A stretch of DNA of 48,602 bases, taken from assembly GCA_031364505.1 (NCBI GenBank), contig JANLWK010000085.1, positions 1 to 48,602 on the forward strand, written 5' to 3'. Positions within the stretch are counted from its first letter, which is position 1; every line of letters starts with the position of its first letter. Below are positions 38,151-47,441 of this stretch, piece after piece. The notes below the pieces were generated by a model. It was not told the origin of the DNA and searched no databases. It saw nothing but the letters and a program-made list of their open reading frames with translations. A program made the position numbers and the translations under genes. This DNA comes from Candidatus Eiseniibacteriota bacterium (GTDB taxonomy: Bacteria; Eisenbacteria; RBG-16-71-46).

Positions 38151-38416
38151 ATTCGTCTTGTATCACCCCACCTTCCTCCTCATGAGACGCTCCGCTTCCG
38201 CGGCGGGGAGAGTGCGCGCTGAGAGCGCGGGGAGCGCGGGGAGGCGGGCTCAGGTGCTGGCCGAGACGATGCCGCGAGCCGCGGCGAGAGGGGCGCGGCC
38301 GGTGCCGAGGGCCGGGTGGGGCTCAGGCGTCGGGATTCGATGTGGAGCGGGGTGCCGGTACGGCGTACAGTCGGCTCCACGCGCATGAAAGTTCCTATCC
38401 TTCCACGGAGACCATC

Positions 38417-40744
38417 ATGATGCGTTTGCGTCGACTGCTACCACTCGTTCTCCTCTCGTGTCTGCCGAGCTTCGCGACGGCGTCATCGGAAAACGTCACG
38501 ACCTCGCTGTCGGTCTTCGACATCCATACGCCGGGGATTTGGCGCCAGGAAGTTCGCGGGCGCGACGTCGCCCGCTCGGTTCGGAACTACAACTGGGTGA
38601 TCAACCAGCGCATCTGGCTCGATCGCAACGCGGTGGGCGTGTGGGTCTCGGGTCAGGCGCTCGAGAGTTTCACGTGCGTGAGCAACAGCATTGTCAGGAA
38701 CCCCATGGGGCCGGGGTTCTGGCGCATCCGGCGCACGTTTTATCAGAACGACGTCCGGCGCTTTCGACTCCATTACCGCGTGTTCTGGGTGGGTCATGCG
38801 AACACGGTCATCCGTGATTCGATCCCCGATCCGAGCGCGATAACTCCCCCGAACTCGCGGTTCACCATGACGATGGATCATCTCGAAATGGTACTGCCGG
38901 TGGAGCCCACCGACCCTACGCAGGACACCGATCCTCCCATCAACGAATTGGTCGAGATCACGGACGAAAACGGGGGCATGCACCTTCTCGGTCAGCCCGG
39001 TTTCGAAACGATGCCGGACACGCAATTGAATCCGGGTGGCTACCAGCTCGCGACGACCGAGCTGTCGACGTACACCTTGCCGCCTGCAGCTCAACGCATC
39101 AGCGATCCCGGAATGCCGCCGATGACGGGCCAGGTCGAGATCTCGCCGGGTGTCGTCATGGAGTTCCTGATGGACGTGTTCGGAAACGTGCAGGTCGATC
39201 ACGCACCGCCACCCGGACCGGACGATCCGTTCTCGTCCACAGTGCTCGGACGCGAGAAGCATCAAGGGCTCGTCGGTCAGCCGACCAGAATCGACGGAGA
39301 CGAGCTGCCGGTCGATCAGAACGTGGTTCCGCTCCAGCTCTATAGCTGGGCGCTCACGCCCAGCGGGGAGGTGCTCGGCGCGCTGTCCGGGCAGAACGTC
39401 ATCGGACCGCCGGTGGATATGAACGGGAATTCCGTTGCCGACAATGCCCTGGGTGCCCCGGTGCCGATGGATCCCACGGTGCGCGACATCGACAATGTTC
39501 TCGATCCCGCCGCCCAGCCGGTGGATGTCGTGATCGAGGAAGACGACGAGCCCACCAGCCTCGAGCTGAGCGCTTACAACGCGAAGCTGACCGCCGCGGG
39601 TCTCGCGGACGTGTACCCGCCCTTCAAGTTCGGCATCAAGAGGGTCAAGCTGCGCAAGGCATGGGGCATCGATCGGCGCATGGTGATGGACACATGGCTT
39701 CATCACTGGGTGTGGAGTGCCCAGAACTACGTCGTCGTGCGGGCGGGTCCGTATCGTGTATGCGTTTCGAAAGTCGGGCTATCGAGCTACACGAGCGATC
39801 ACCGGAAGTTCCCGGTCGGCCAGTCTCCACAGGCGTCGAACTACGGGCTGCAGCATCTGCGATTCTTCCGCCTCTGCTATCGGATCTATCGTCCGCATCC
39901 GGACCAAGTGCGCATCAAGGTCGACCAACTCTTCATCGTCGTGCCGCTCGATGCGAACGATCCCAATTCGGACCTCATGGCGCTCGTGACCACGGGCGAC
40001 GAAAACAAGCTCTTCCAAATCGTTCCACCCCCCGTGCTCGCCGGGCTCCAGCCGGATCCTTTGCCCTTCGGTCAGGACGGCGTGTTCATGGAACCGCTCG
40101 ATCCGATCACGGACTGCATGGACATCGGTGGTGGCGGCACCAACATCTTCGACGGCGACCTGTCGGCGCTCGGTACGTCGCAACAGAACGTGCCCGTGGT
40201 CGCGAACGAGGATCTGGCGACGGAGCTGCGAAACGACCAGCTCCAGCTCTATTGCTGGATCTTGTCGCCGAACGGCACGATGAAATCCGAGTCCTTCACG
40301 GACCAGGTCCACCCATCGACGCCGGTGGTGTTCACGATTCCGGGGACGCCGGCAATTCCATGGTTCCGGGATGCGAACGATCTTCCAGTGCCGGACCCGA
40401 CGCTGCTCGCGCTACGTCTGAACCTTGTGACGGGTGTTGAGGGCCCGCAGCAGTTCGCCGCACGCCTGCACCAGAACGTTCCCAATCCGTTCAATGGATC
40501 GACGACGGTCTGGTTCAGTGTGCCGGGGCGTACGGGAGCGGGGGAGACGTTGCCCGTGCGGCTCTCGATCTTCGACGTACAGGGCCGCGAGATCACGCGG
40601 CTCCTCGATGGCCGGCTCGAGCCAGGCAACTACACGATCCCGGTGGAACGGAGCGACCTCGGACGATCGCATTCCGCAGTGTTCTTCTATCGCCTCGAGG
40701 TCGCGGGGGAGAAGATCACTCGGAAGCTGGTGCCGCTGAACTGA
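38417..40744 (+). CDS. Large secreted protein with two internal repeats and FlgD/T9SS-like C-terminal domain
   Basis: GGAG RBS; signal peptide MMRLRRLLPLVLLSCLPSFATA; C-terminal LHQNVPNPFN.STT..F...V.LSIFDVQGR.I..L..G...PG......VFFYRL. Confidence 0.8.
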   Translation: MMRLRRLLPLVLLSCLPSFATASSENVTTSLSVFDIHTPGIWRQEVRGRDVARSVRNYNWVINQRIWLDRNAVGVWVSGQALESFTCVSNSIVRNPMGPGFWRIRRTFYQNDVRRFRLHYRVFWVGHANTVIRDSIPDPSAITPPNSRFTMTMDHLEMVLPVEPTDPTQDTDPPINELVEITDENGGMHLLGQPGFETMPDTQLNPGGYQLATTELSTYTLPPAAQRISDPGMPPMTGQVEISPGVVMEFLMDVFGNVQVDHAPPPGPDDPFSSTVLGREKHQGLVGQPTRIDGDELPVDQNVVPLQLYSWALTPSGEVLGALSGQNVIGPPVDMNGNSVADNALGAPVPMDPTVRDIDNVLDPAAQPVDVVIEEDDEPTSLELSAYNAKLTAAGLADVYPPFKFGIKRVKLRKAWGIDRRMVMDTWLHHWVWSAQNYVVVRAGPYRVCVSKVGLSSYTSDHRKFPVGQSPQASNYGLQHLRFFRLCYRIYRPHPDQVRIKVDQLFIVVPLDANDPNSDLMALVTTGDENKLFQIVPPPVLAGLQPDPLPFGQDGVFMEPLDPITDCMDIGGGGTNIFDGDLSALGTSQQNVPVVANEDLATELRNDQLQLYCWILSPNGTMKSESFTDQVHPSTPVVFTIPGTPAIPWFRDANDLPVPDPTLLALRLNLVTGVEGPQQFAARLHQNVPNPFNGSTTVWFSVPGRTGAGETLPVRLSIFDVQGREITRLLDGRLEPGNYTIPVERSDLGRSHSAVFFYRLEVAGEKITRKLVPLN

Positions 40745-40864
40745 GCTGGGCGCGGATAGAGCCGATGTGTCGCGGTGAGGGGTACCATTTCCCGACCACT
40801 GATGGGCTGACGAAAAATGTGTGCGGCCCGTCTGGTCAGCCTCGCCGAGGGCGTCTCAAGGTTG

Positions 40865-40886
40865 ACCGTAACCCAACCGTAACCCA
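40865..40886 (+). repeat. 11-bp tandem repeat upstream of tRNA half (arm-type site candidate)
   Basis: ACCGTAACCCA x2. Confidence 0.75.
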
Positions 40887-40906
40887 TCGTTCCCGCATCT
40901 CGTTGT

Positions 40907-41133
40907 GGCCCCGTAGCTCAGACGGATAGAGCAGCGGTTTCCTAATTCCGATCAGCGATTTCTCACCGATGTCGATACGCCTCTCCTAAGTCATTCGGAA
41001 CACTCGTCAACGAAGAGCCCCGCCCGGAGATGCCGAGCGGGGCGATCGTTTTTCGATGGACTCGAGCGGACACGAACGGTCACGGTGGGTCATTGAAGGG
41101 GTAGCCAAAGGGTAGCCAAGTATGGCGGCGGTT
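40907..41133 (+). repeat. tRNA-Arg(CCT) 5' half (40907-40945) plus conserved att-arm, copy B
   Basis: Near-identical to copy A, including GGGTAGCCAA x2. Confidence 0.88.
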
Positions 41134-41176
41134 GGGAGGCCGGACGCCTGAGTCGCCGATCGGGTAGAGTCCCCCG

Positions 41177-43765
41177 ATGCCACTCGCCCCCGGCACCCGC
41201 CTCGGCCCCTACGAGATCGTCGCGCCGCTCGGCGCGGGCGGGATGGGCGAGGTGTTTCGCGCGCGCGACACCCGGCTCGAACGCGACGTTGCAGTGAAGG
41301 TGCTGCCGCAGCATCTCTCCGCGAACCCCGAGGTGCGTGCCCGCTTCGAGCGCGAGGCGAAGACCGTCTCCTCGCTCAACCACCCGCACATCTGCACGCT
41401 GCACGACGTCGGACGCGAGGGCGACACCGACTATCTGGTGATGGAGTTGGTCGAGGGCGAGACGTTGGCCCAGCGGCTCACGAAGGGGCCGCTGGCCACC
41501 GCCGAAATACTCAAACTCGGCGCTCAGATTGCCGAAGCGCTCGACCGCGCGCACCGTGCCGGCGTGGTCCACCGGGACCTCAAGCCCGGAAACGTGATGC
41601 TGACGAAATCGGGTGCGAAGCTGATGGACTTCGGGCTTGCGCGGTCGGCGGGCATGCCTGGCGCCGCGCGAGGCAGTGGAGACTTTTCCGGGCTGACGCA
41701 GTCGCCCACAGTTGCCGCACCACTGACCGCCGAAGGCACGATCGTCGGGACATTTCAGTACATGGCGCCCGAGCAGCTCGAGGGAAAAGAAGCAGACGCA
41801 AGATCGGACATCTGGGCGCTGGGCTGCGTGTTCTATGAAATGGCGACGGGGAAGCGCGCGTTCGAGGGCAGGAGCCAGGCGTCGCTGATCGCCGCCATCA
41901 TGAACACGGAACCCGCTCCGCTCGGCGCGTTGGCACCCATGGCGCCGCCGGCGTTCGAACGGTTGGTGAAACAGTGCATCGCCAAGGATCCCGACGACCG
42001 CTGGCAGTCGGCAGGGGACCTGAGCCACGAGCTCAAGTGGATCGCGGATGCGGGCTCGCGCGCCGGCGTGCCGACGCCGGTCTCGGCGCAACGCGCGAGC
42101 CGCGAGCGCATCGCCTGGCTGCTCACCGCGGTGCTCGCGGTGGTTGCCGCCACCTTCGCGCTGCGTTCGGGCAATCGCTCGGGCGGGCAGGTGACCTTCA
42201 AGCAGCTCAGCTACCAGCCGGCGGCGATCTTCCGGGCCGCCTTCGCTCCGGACGGCAAGACCATCGTGTACAGCGCAGCACGCGAGGGTAACACGCCCGA
42301 GATCTTCACCGTCCGCCCGGAGTATCCCGAGCCCCAGTCGCTCGGACTGCATAGCGCACAACTCCTCTCGGTGTCCTCGACGGGAGAGTTGGCCGTGCTC
42401 ACCGACGCGCGTTACCTCGCCCATCGGCTCTTCACCGGTACGCTGGCTCGCATGCCGCTGGGCGGCGGAGCGCCGCGCGAGATACTCGAGAGTGTTCGCG
42501 AGGCGGACTGGTCGCCGGACGGCTCGCAGCTCGCAATCATTCGCCTCGTCCAGGGCAGGGATCGACTCGAGTTCCCGATCGGCCACGTGCTGTGCGAATC
42601 CGGTGGGTACCTGAGCGATCTCCGAGTGTCACCGCGGGGAGACCGGATCGCGTACTTCGAACATCCGTCGCGCTTCGACGATCGCGGTTCGGTGAACGTC
42701 GTCGATCTCCACGGCAAGAAGACCGTGCTCTCGGATGGCTACTGGGGCGAGGAAGGAATCGCTTGGACCAAGGACGGCGCGGAGATCCTGTTCTCGGCGA
42801 GCTACGGCGGTAACACATGGACGATCTACGCCGTGACGCTGGCCGGCAAGCGGCGCGTTGCCCTCGAGAGCGCCGGCGGGCTCACGATCCACGACGTGGC
42901 CCGAGATGGACGCTGGCTCGCGACCCGGGATGATCAGCGCGATGGGATCATGGTCCACACTCCCGAGTCGAACGAGGACCGGGATCTCTCCTGGCTCGAT
43001 CTCTCCGAGGGCGCGATCCTCTCGCAGGATGGGCGGACGGTCATCTTCAGCGAGCAGAGCGCCGCGATGGGGACCAACTACGCGGTGGGTCTTCGGAAGA
43101 CCGATAGATCACCCGTGGTGAAGTTGGGGGAAGGAACCCCGAGAGACCTGTCCGCGGACGGCAAGTCCGTGCTCGCGGTGGTCGCATCCACACCGCCCCA
43201 GATCGTGATCTATCCCACGGGGGCAGGCGAGCTCCGGCATCTCGATCGAGGCGGTTTGGAGAATGTCGAGTCCGCGGAGTGGTTCCCCAACGGCGACAGC
43301 ATCCTGATCTGCGGCAACGAGCCGGGCACGGCGACACGGTTCTACGTCAAGGATCTGGCGGGGGGCACCCCGCGCGGTGTGACGCCCCCGGGAACGAACA
43401 GCGGGAAGCTCTCGCCGGATGGCAAGCTCGTCCTGGCGAAGGGGCCCGATGGCAAGTTTTTCCTTTATTCGCTCTTCGGAGGCGAACCGCGACCCATACC
43501 GTGGTTGTCGGAATTCGAGAGGCTCATCTGCTGGACTGCGGACGGACGCTCGGTGCTCGTGAGCAGCGACGCGATGATTCCCAGCCGCGTCGAGCGGGTC
43601 GATCTCGAGACCGGACGCCGAACCCTCTTCAAGGAGATCGCGCCATCGGACCGTGTTGGATTGATGTTGGTTAATCTCAGCTTCCTTACGCAGGACGAAC
43701 GATCGTACGCCTACGGAATCACCCGGCAGACGTCGACTCTATTCCTCGTGGAGAGCAAGAAGTGA
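41177..43765 (+). CDS. Ser/Thr protein kinase with TM helix and PD40/TolB-like beta-propeller
   Basis: HRDLKPGN, DFG, YMAPE; TM helix; repeated FAPDG/WSPDG/SPRGD blades. Confidence 0.92.
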   Translation: MPLAPGTRLGPYEIVAPLGAGGMGEVFRARDTRLERDVAVKVLPQHLSANPEVRARFEREAKTVSSLNHPHICTLHDVGREGDTDYLVMELVEGETLAQRLTKGPLATAEILKLGAQIAEALDRAHRAGVVHRDLKPGNVMLTKSGAKLMDFGLARSAGMPGAARGSGDFSGLTQSPTVAAPLTAEGTIVGTFQYMAPEQLEGKEADARSDIWALGCVFYEMATGKRAFEGRSQASLIAAIMNTEPAPLGALAPMAPPAFERLVKQCIAKDPDDRWQSAGDLSHELKWIADAGSRAGVPTPVSAQRASRERIAWLLTAVLAVVAATFALRSGNRSGGQVTFKQLSYQPAAIFRAAFAPDGKTIVYSAAREGNTPEIFTVRPEYPEPQSLGLHSAQLLSVSSTGELAVLTDARYLAHRLFTGTLARMPLGGGAPREILESVREADWSPDGSQLAIIRLVQGRDRLEFPIGHVLCESGGYLSDLRVSPRGDRIAYFEHPSRFDDRGSVNVVDLHGKKTVLSDGYWGEEGIAWTKDGAEILFSASYGGNTWTIYAVTLAGKRRVALESAGGLTIHDVARDGRWLATRDDQRDGIMVHTPESNEDRDLSWLDLSEGAILSQDGRTVIFSEQSAAMGTNYAVGLRKTDRSPVVKLGEGTPRDLSADGKSVLAVVASTPPQIVIYPTGAGELRHLDRGGLENVESAEWFPNGDSILICGNEPGTATRFYVKDLAGGTPRGVTPPGTNSGKLSPDGKLVLAKGPDGKFFLYSLFGGEPRPIPWLSEFERLICWTADGRSVLVSSDAMIPSRVERVDLETGRRTLFKEIAPSDRVGLMLVNLSFLTQDERSYAYGITRQTSTLFLVESKK

Positions 43766-43901
43766 GGACGGGCTGGTCGGCATCCACCGCGGGCGAAGAC
43801 CGCCAGGTAGCAGGGGCGAGCACGCCATGAACAGCGGTCGAGTAGACCGCGTGCTTGATTGATTTCGTCGTCGAGCCGCGTGCGCTATCTTCGTCCGCCG
43901 T

Positions 43902-44129
43902 GGCCCCGTAGCTCAGACGGATAGAGCAGCGGTTTCCTAATTCCGATCAGCGATTTCTCACCGACGTCGATACGCCTCACGTAAGTCATTCGGAACACTC
44001 GCCAACGAAGAGCCCCGCCCGGAGGTGCCCGAGCGACGCAATCGTTTTTCAATGGACTGGAGCGGACACGAACGGTCACGGTGGGTCATTGAAGGGGTAG
44101 CCAAAGGGTAGCCAACTATGACGGCGGTT
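43902..44129 (+). repeat. tRNA-Arg(CCT) 5' half (43902-43940) plus conserved att-arm, copy C
   Basis: Near-identical to copies A and B. Confidence 0.88.
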
Positions 44130-44172
44130 GGGAGGCCGGGCCCCTGAGTCGCCGATCGAGTAGAGTCCCCCG

Positions 44173-46872
44173 ATGCCACTCGCCCCCGGCACCCGCCTTG
44201 GCCCCTACGAGATCGTCGCGCCGCTCGGCGCGGGCGGGATGGGCGAGGTGTTTCGCGCGAAGGACACGCGCCTCGGCCGCGACGTCGCGGTCAAGGTGCT
44301 GCCCCAGCACCTCTCCGCCAACTCCGAGGTGCGCGCGCGCTTCGAGCGCGAGGCGAAGACGGTCTCCTCGCTCAACCACCCGAACATCTGCACGTTGTTC
44401 GACGTGGGGCGCGAGGGTGACACCGACTACCTCGTCATGGAGCTGATCGAGGGCGAGACCTTGGCCCAGCGACTCGCGAAGGGCGCGCTGCCCATCGCCG
44501 ATGCGCTCCGCATCGGCGCTCAGATCGCCGATGCGCTCGACCGCGCGCATCGCGCCGGGGTGATTCATCGTGACCTCAAGCCCGGCAATGTGATGCTTAC
44601 GAAGAGCGGCGCCAAGCTCATGGACTTCGGACTCGCGCGCGCGACGGGGCTGGCGGGCGACCGCGGTGTCAGCGGTGCGACCCTGTCGACGATTACGCAG
44701 TCGCCCACCATGGCCGCGCCGTTGACCGCCGAGGGCTCCATCGTCGGCACGTTCCAGTACATGTCGCCTGAGCAGCTCGAGGGCAAGGAGGCGGACACCC
44801 GCAGCGATCTCTGGGCGCTCGGCTGCGTGCTGTACGAGATGGCGACCGGCCGGCGCGCGTTCGAGGGCGCGACGCAGGCGAGCCTGATCGGCACCATCAT
44901 GCGTGACTCGCCACGGCCGATGGCGGAGCTGGCGCCGATGTCGCCGCCTGCGCTCGACCGGCTCGTGGGCGCGCTGCTCGCGAAAGACCCGGACGACCGC
45001 GTCCAGACGGCGCACGACGTGAAGCTTCAGCTCCAGTGGACGGGAGACGGTTCGTCCGCGGGTTCGCTCCCCACCGCGATCGCCGGGATCGCGGCCCGGC
45101 CCCGTGCCAGCCGGGAGCGTCTCGCATGGGTCATCGCCGCGGTCGGTGTGGCGCTTGGAATCGTCGGCATCGTCGTCGTGCTGCGCCTTCGGCCGGCCGT
45201 TCCGGGGCAGGGCGTAACGCGCTTCTCCATCGCCGCGCCCGAAAACGTGAACCTCAACTCGGATCCCACGATGTCGGCCATCTCGCCCGACGGTCGTACG
45301 CTCGCATTCGTCGCCGCCGATTCCGGGGGCACGGTCCGAATCTGGGTGCGCCCGCTCGAGAGCCTCACGCCGCGGCCGCTACTCGGGACCGAGAACGGGG
45401 TGCTTCCTTTCTGGTCGCCCGACAGCCGCAATCTGGCGTTCTTCTCCGACAACGGAAAACTCAAGAAGATACCGATCGCGGGCGGAAATCCGGAGGAGAT
45501 CTGCGACGCGGCCGATGGCCGTGGCGGAAGCTGGGGCTCGGATGGCGTGATCGTGTTCGCCCCCAAGGCCTCGGGTCCACTGTTTCGTGTCCCGGCGAGC
45601 GGAGGAGATGCGGTGCAAGCCACGCGTCTCGACTCGTCACGCCAGGAGACCGGTCACCGCTGGCCCTGCTTCCTTCCCGACGGAAAGCACTTCCTCTTCG
45701 TGGGGATGCCGGCGCGCCGGGGCAGCTTCGACTTCTTCGTCGGCTCACTCGATTCGAAGGGGACGAAGCACCTGGGAAGCGCGAGCTCTGCTCCGGTCTT
45801 TGCCTCGGCCGGGTATCTCATCTTCGTTCACAACACCTCGATCGTGGCCCAGGGATTCGACCCTCGGCGTCTAGCGTCGAGCGGTTCCCCGGTCACCCTG
45901 GGCGAGGCGCCACCGCCTTCCGGGTACACCGGGGCGCAAACGGTGACCGCCTCGAACAACGGAGTCCTCGCCCACGCGGGGGGAGGGTTGCCGAACACGG
46001 AACTCCAGTGGCTCGACCGCGCGGGGCAGCCGGCCGGGGCGATTCCCGTGCCCGCGGGCCGCTACCAGGAAGCTCGATTGTCGCCCGATGGGAAGCGGCT
46101 CTGCATCGAGAGGCGAAACTCCGCTTCCGAAGTGGACCTCTGGCTCGTCGACCTGGACCGCGCGACCTCCACCCGCTTCACCTTCGGACCGACGACCAAC
46201 TACTGGCCGGCCTGGTCTCCGGACGGCAGTCGCATCGCCTTCGCATCGAACCGGTCCGGTCCCGATGACATCTACGTCAAGCCCACCAACGGGGCGGCGG
46301 AAGAGACGCCGATCCTCACGGGCGGCGCCCTGTTCAAGGACCCGTACAGCTGGTCGGCGGACGGGCGCTTCATCGTCTTCGAGGAACCGAACGATCGAAC
46401 CGGCTGGGACCTTCGAATGGTGCCGGTGGACGGGGATCGCAAGCCAATTTCATATCTTCACACCGCGTTCAACGAGCGCGCCGGAGTCGTTTCACCGGAT
46501 GGACGCTGGATCGCCTATACGTCCGACGAATCCGGAAAGCAGGACGTCTATGTCCAGTCGTTTCCCGCTCCCGGCAGCAAGCACCAGGTCTCGACCGGAT
46601 CGGCCGGCTTGCGCGTCATCTGGTCACGCGGCGGCAAGGAGTTGGTCTTCGTCGCCGGTGATGGATTCACGCTCATGGCCGTCGACGTCACGACCAGCCC
46701 CGCTTTTCACGTCAGCGCGCCCCGCAAACTCTTCAAGCTACGGCAGGACTACGTGGGGATAGAGGTCACTCCGGACGGACAGCGCGTGCTTGTCGTCGCC
46801 CCCGCGGGACAGGGCGCGGCCCCCACGATCACGATCGAGCAGAACTGGACCGCGGGACTGAAGAAGCCATGA
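44173..46872 (+). CDS. Ser/Thr protein kinase with TM helix and PD40/TolB-like beta-propeller
   Basis: HRDLKPGN, DFG, YMSPE; ISPDG/FWSPD/WSPDG/SPDGRWIAY blades. Confidence 0.92.
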   Translation: MPLAPGTRLGPYEIVAPLGAGGMGEVFRAKDTRLGRDVAVKVLPQHLSANSEVRARFEREAKTVSSLNHPNICTLFDVGREGDTDYLVMELIEGETLAQRLAKGALPIADALRIGAQIADALDRAHRAGVIHRDLKPGNVMLTKSGAKLMDFGLARATGLAGDRGVSGATLSTITQSPTMAAPLTAEGSIVGTFQYMSPEQLEGKEADTRSDLWALGCVLYEMATGRRAFEGATQASLIGTIMRDSPRPMAELAPMSPPALDRLVGALLAKDPDDRVQTAHDVKLQLQWTGDGSSAGSLPTAIAGIAARPRASRERLAWVIAAVGVALGIVGIVVVLRLRPAVPGQGVTRFSIAAPENVNLNSDPTMSAISPDGRTLAFVAADSGGTVRIWVRPLESLTPRPLLGTENGVLPFWSPDSRNLAFFSDNGKLKKIPIAGGNPEEICDAADGRGGSWGSDGVIVFAPKASGPLFRVPASGGDAVQATRLDSSRQETGHRWPCFLPDGKHFLFVGMPARRGSFDFFVGSLDSKGTKHLGSASSAPVFASAGYLIFVHNTSIVAQGFDPRRLASSGSPVTLGEAPPPSGYTGAQTVTASNNGVLAHAGGGLPNTELQWLDRAGQPAGAIPVPAGRYQEARLSPDGKRLCIERRNSASEVDLWLVDLDRATSTRFTFGPTTNYWPAWSPDGSRIAFASNRSGPDDIYVKPTNGAAEETPILTGGALFKDPYSWSADGRFIVFEEPNDRTGWDLRMVPVDGDRKPISYLHTAFNERAGVVSPDGRWIAYTSDESGKQDVYVQSFPAPGSKHQVSTGSAGLRVIWSRGGKELVFVAGDGFTLMAVDVTTSPAFHVSAPRKLFKLRQDYVGIEVTPDGQRVLVVAPAGQGAAPTITIEQNWTAGLKKP

Positions 46873-47241
46873 CGCTCACTCCCGGCACCCGCCTCGGCCC
46901 CTACGAGATCGTTGCGCCTCTAGGAGCGGGGGGGATGGGCGAGGTGTACCGCGCGCGACCCGGGCATCGGGCGCGACGTGGCGATCAAGGCGTTGCCGGT
47001 CGCGTTCGCCCAGGACCCGGAACGCCGTGCGTGGCGTGCGATGGTCCGGCGACGGCCGTGCGCTGATACTGTTCGACCAGAAGCGCCGCGTGATCGCCGT
47101 CCCCGTGCAATTCGAAGGTGGGTTCCGACAGGGGGCACCGCACACGCTGTTCGCGCTGCCTCCGACACCGCACTGGTCGGCATGTCACCCGACCTGCGCC
47201 GCTTTCTCCTTCTCGAAGGCGAGCCGCTGCCCAATCCCTGA
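46869..47241 (+). pseudogene. Collapsed kinase-propeller gene (5' end joined to 3' end)
   Basis: MTLTPGTRLGPYEIVAPLGAGGMGEVYRAR..VAIKALP..FAQDPER joined to RWSGDGRAL..VIAVPV..GAPHTLF..DLRRFLL; frameshifts; start overlaps the previous stop (ATGA). Confidence 0.8.
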
Positions 47242-47248
47242 AGGCGCG

Positions 47249-47309
47249 ATGATGCTCACTCCGGGCACGCACCTCCGCCCCTAGATCGTCGCGCCGCACG
47301 GCGCGGGTG
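47249..47309 (+). pseudogene. Second kinase 5'-end remnant
   Basis: ATGATGCTCACTCCGGGCACGCACCTCCGCCCCTAGATCGTCGCGCCGCACGGCGCGGG is a degenerate MLTPGT.L.P..IVAP.GAG. Confidence 0.7.
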
Positions 47310-47441
47310 CTCGCAGCGAAACTCGCTGCAGAGCGCGCTTCGCATGAACGTGTACACGGGCAGGAGTGCTGGGGCAGCGGTCTGGTAGACCGCGTGCACG
47401 CTTGATTTCTGCGTTGCACTTGGTTGTGACACAGTGACGTG

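Noticed and set aside
33864-43940. Intact tRNA genes or a CRISPR array
   Set aside because: Only 36-39 nt 5' halves are present; the repeats are kilobases apart and no cas genes were seen.
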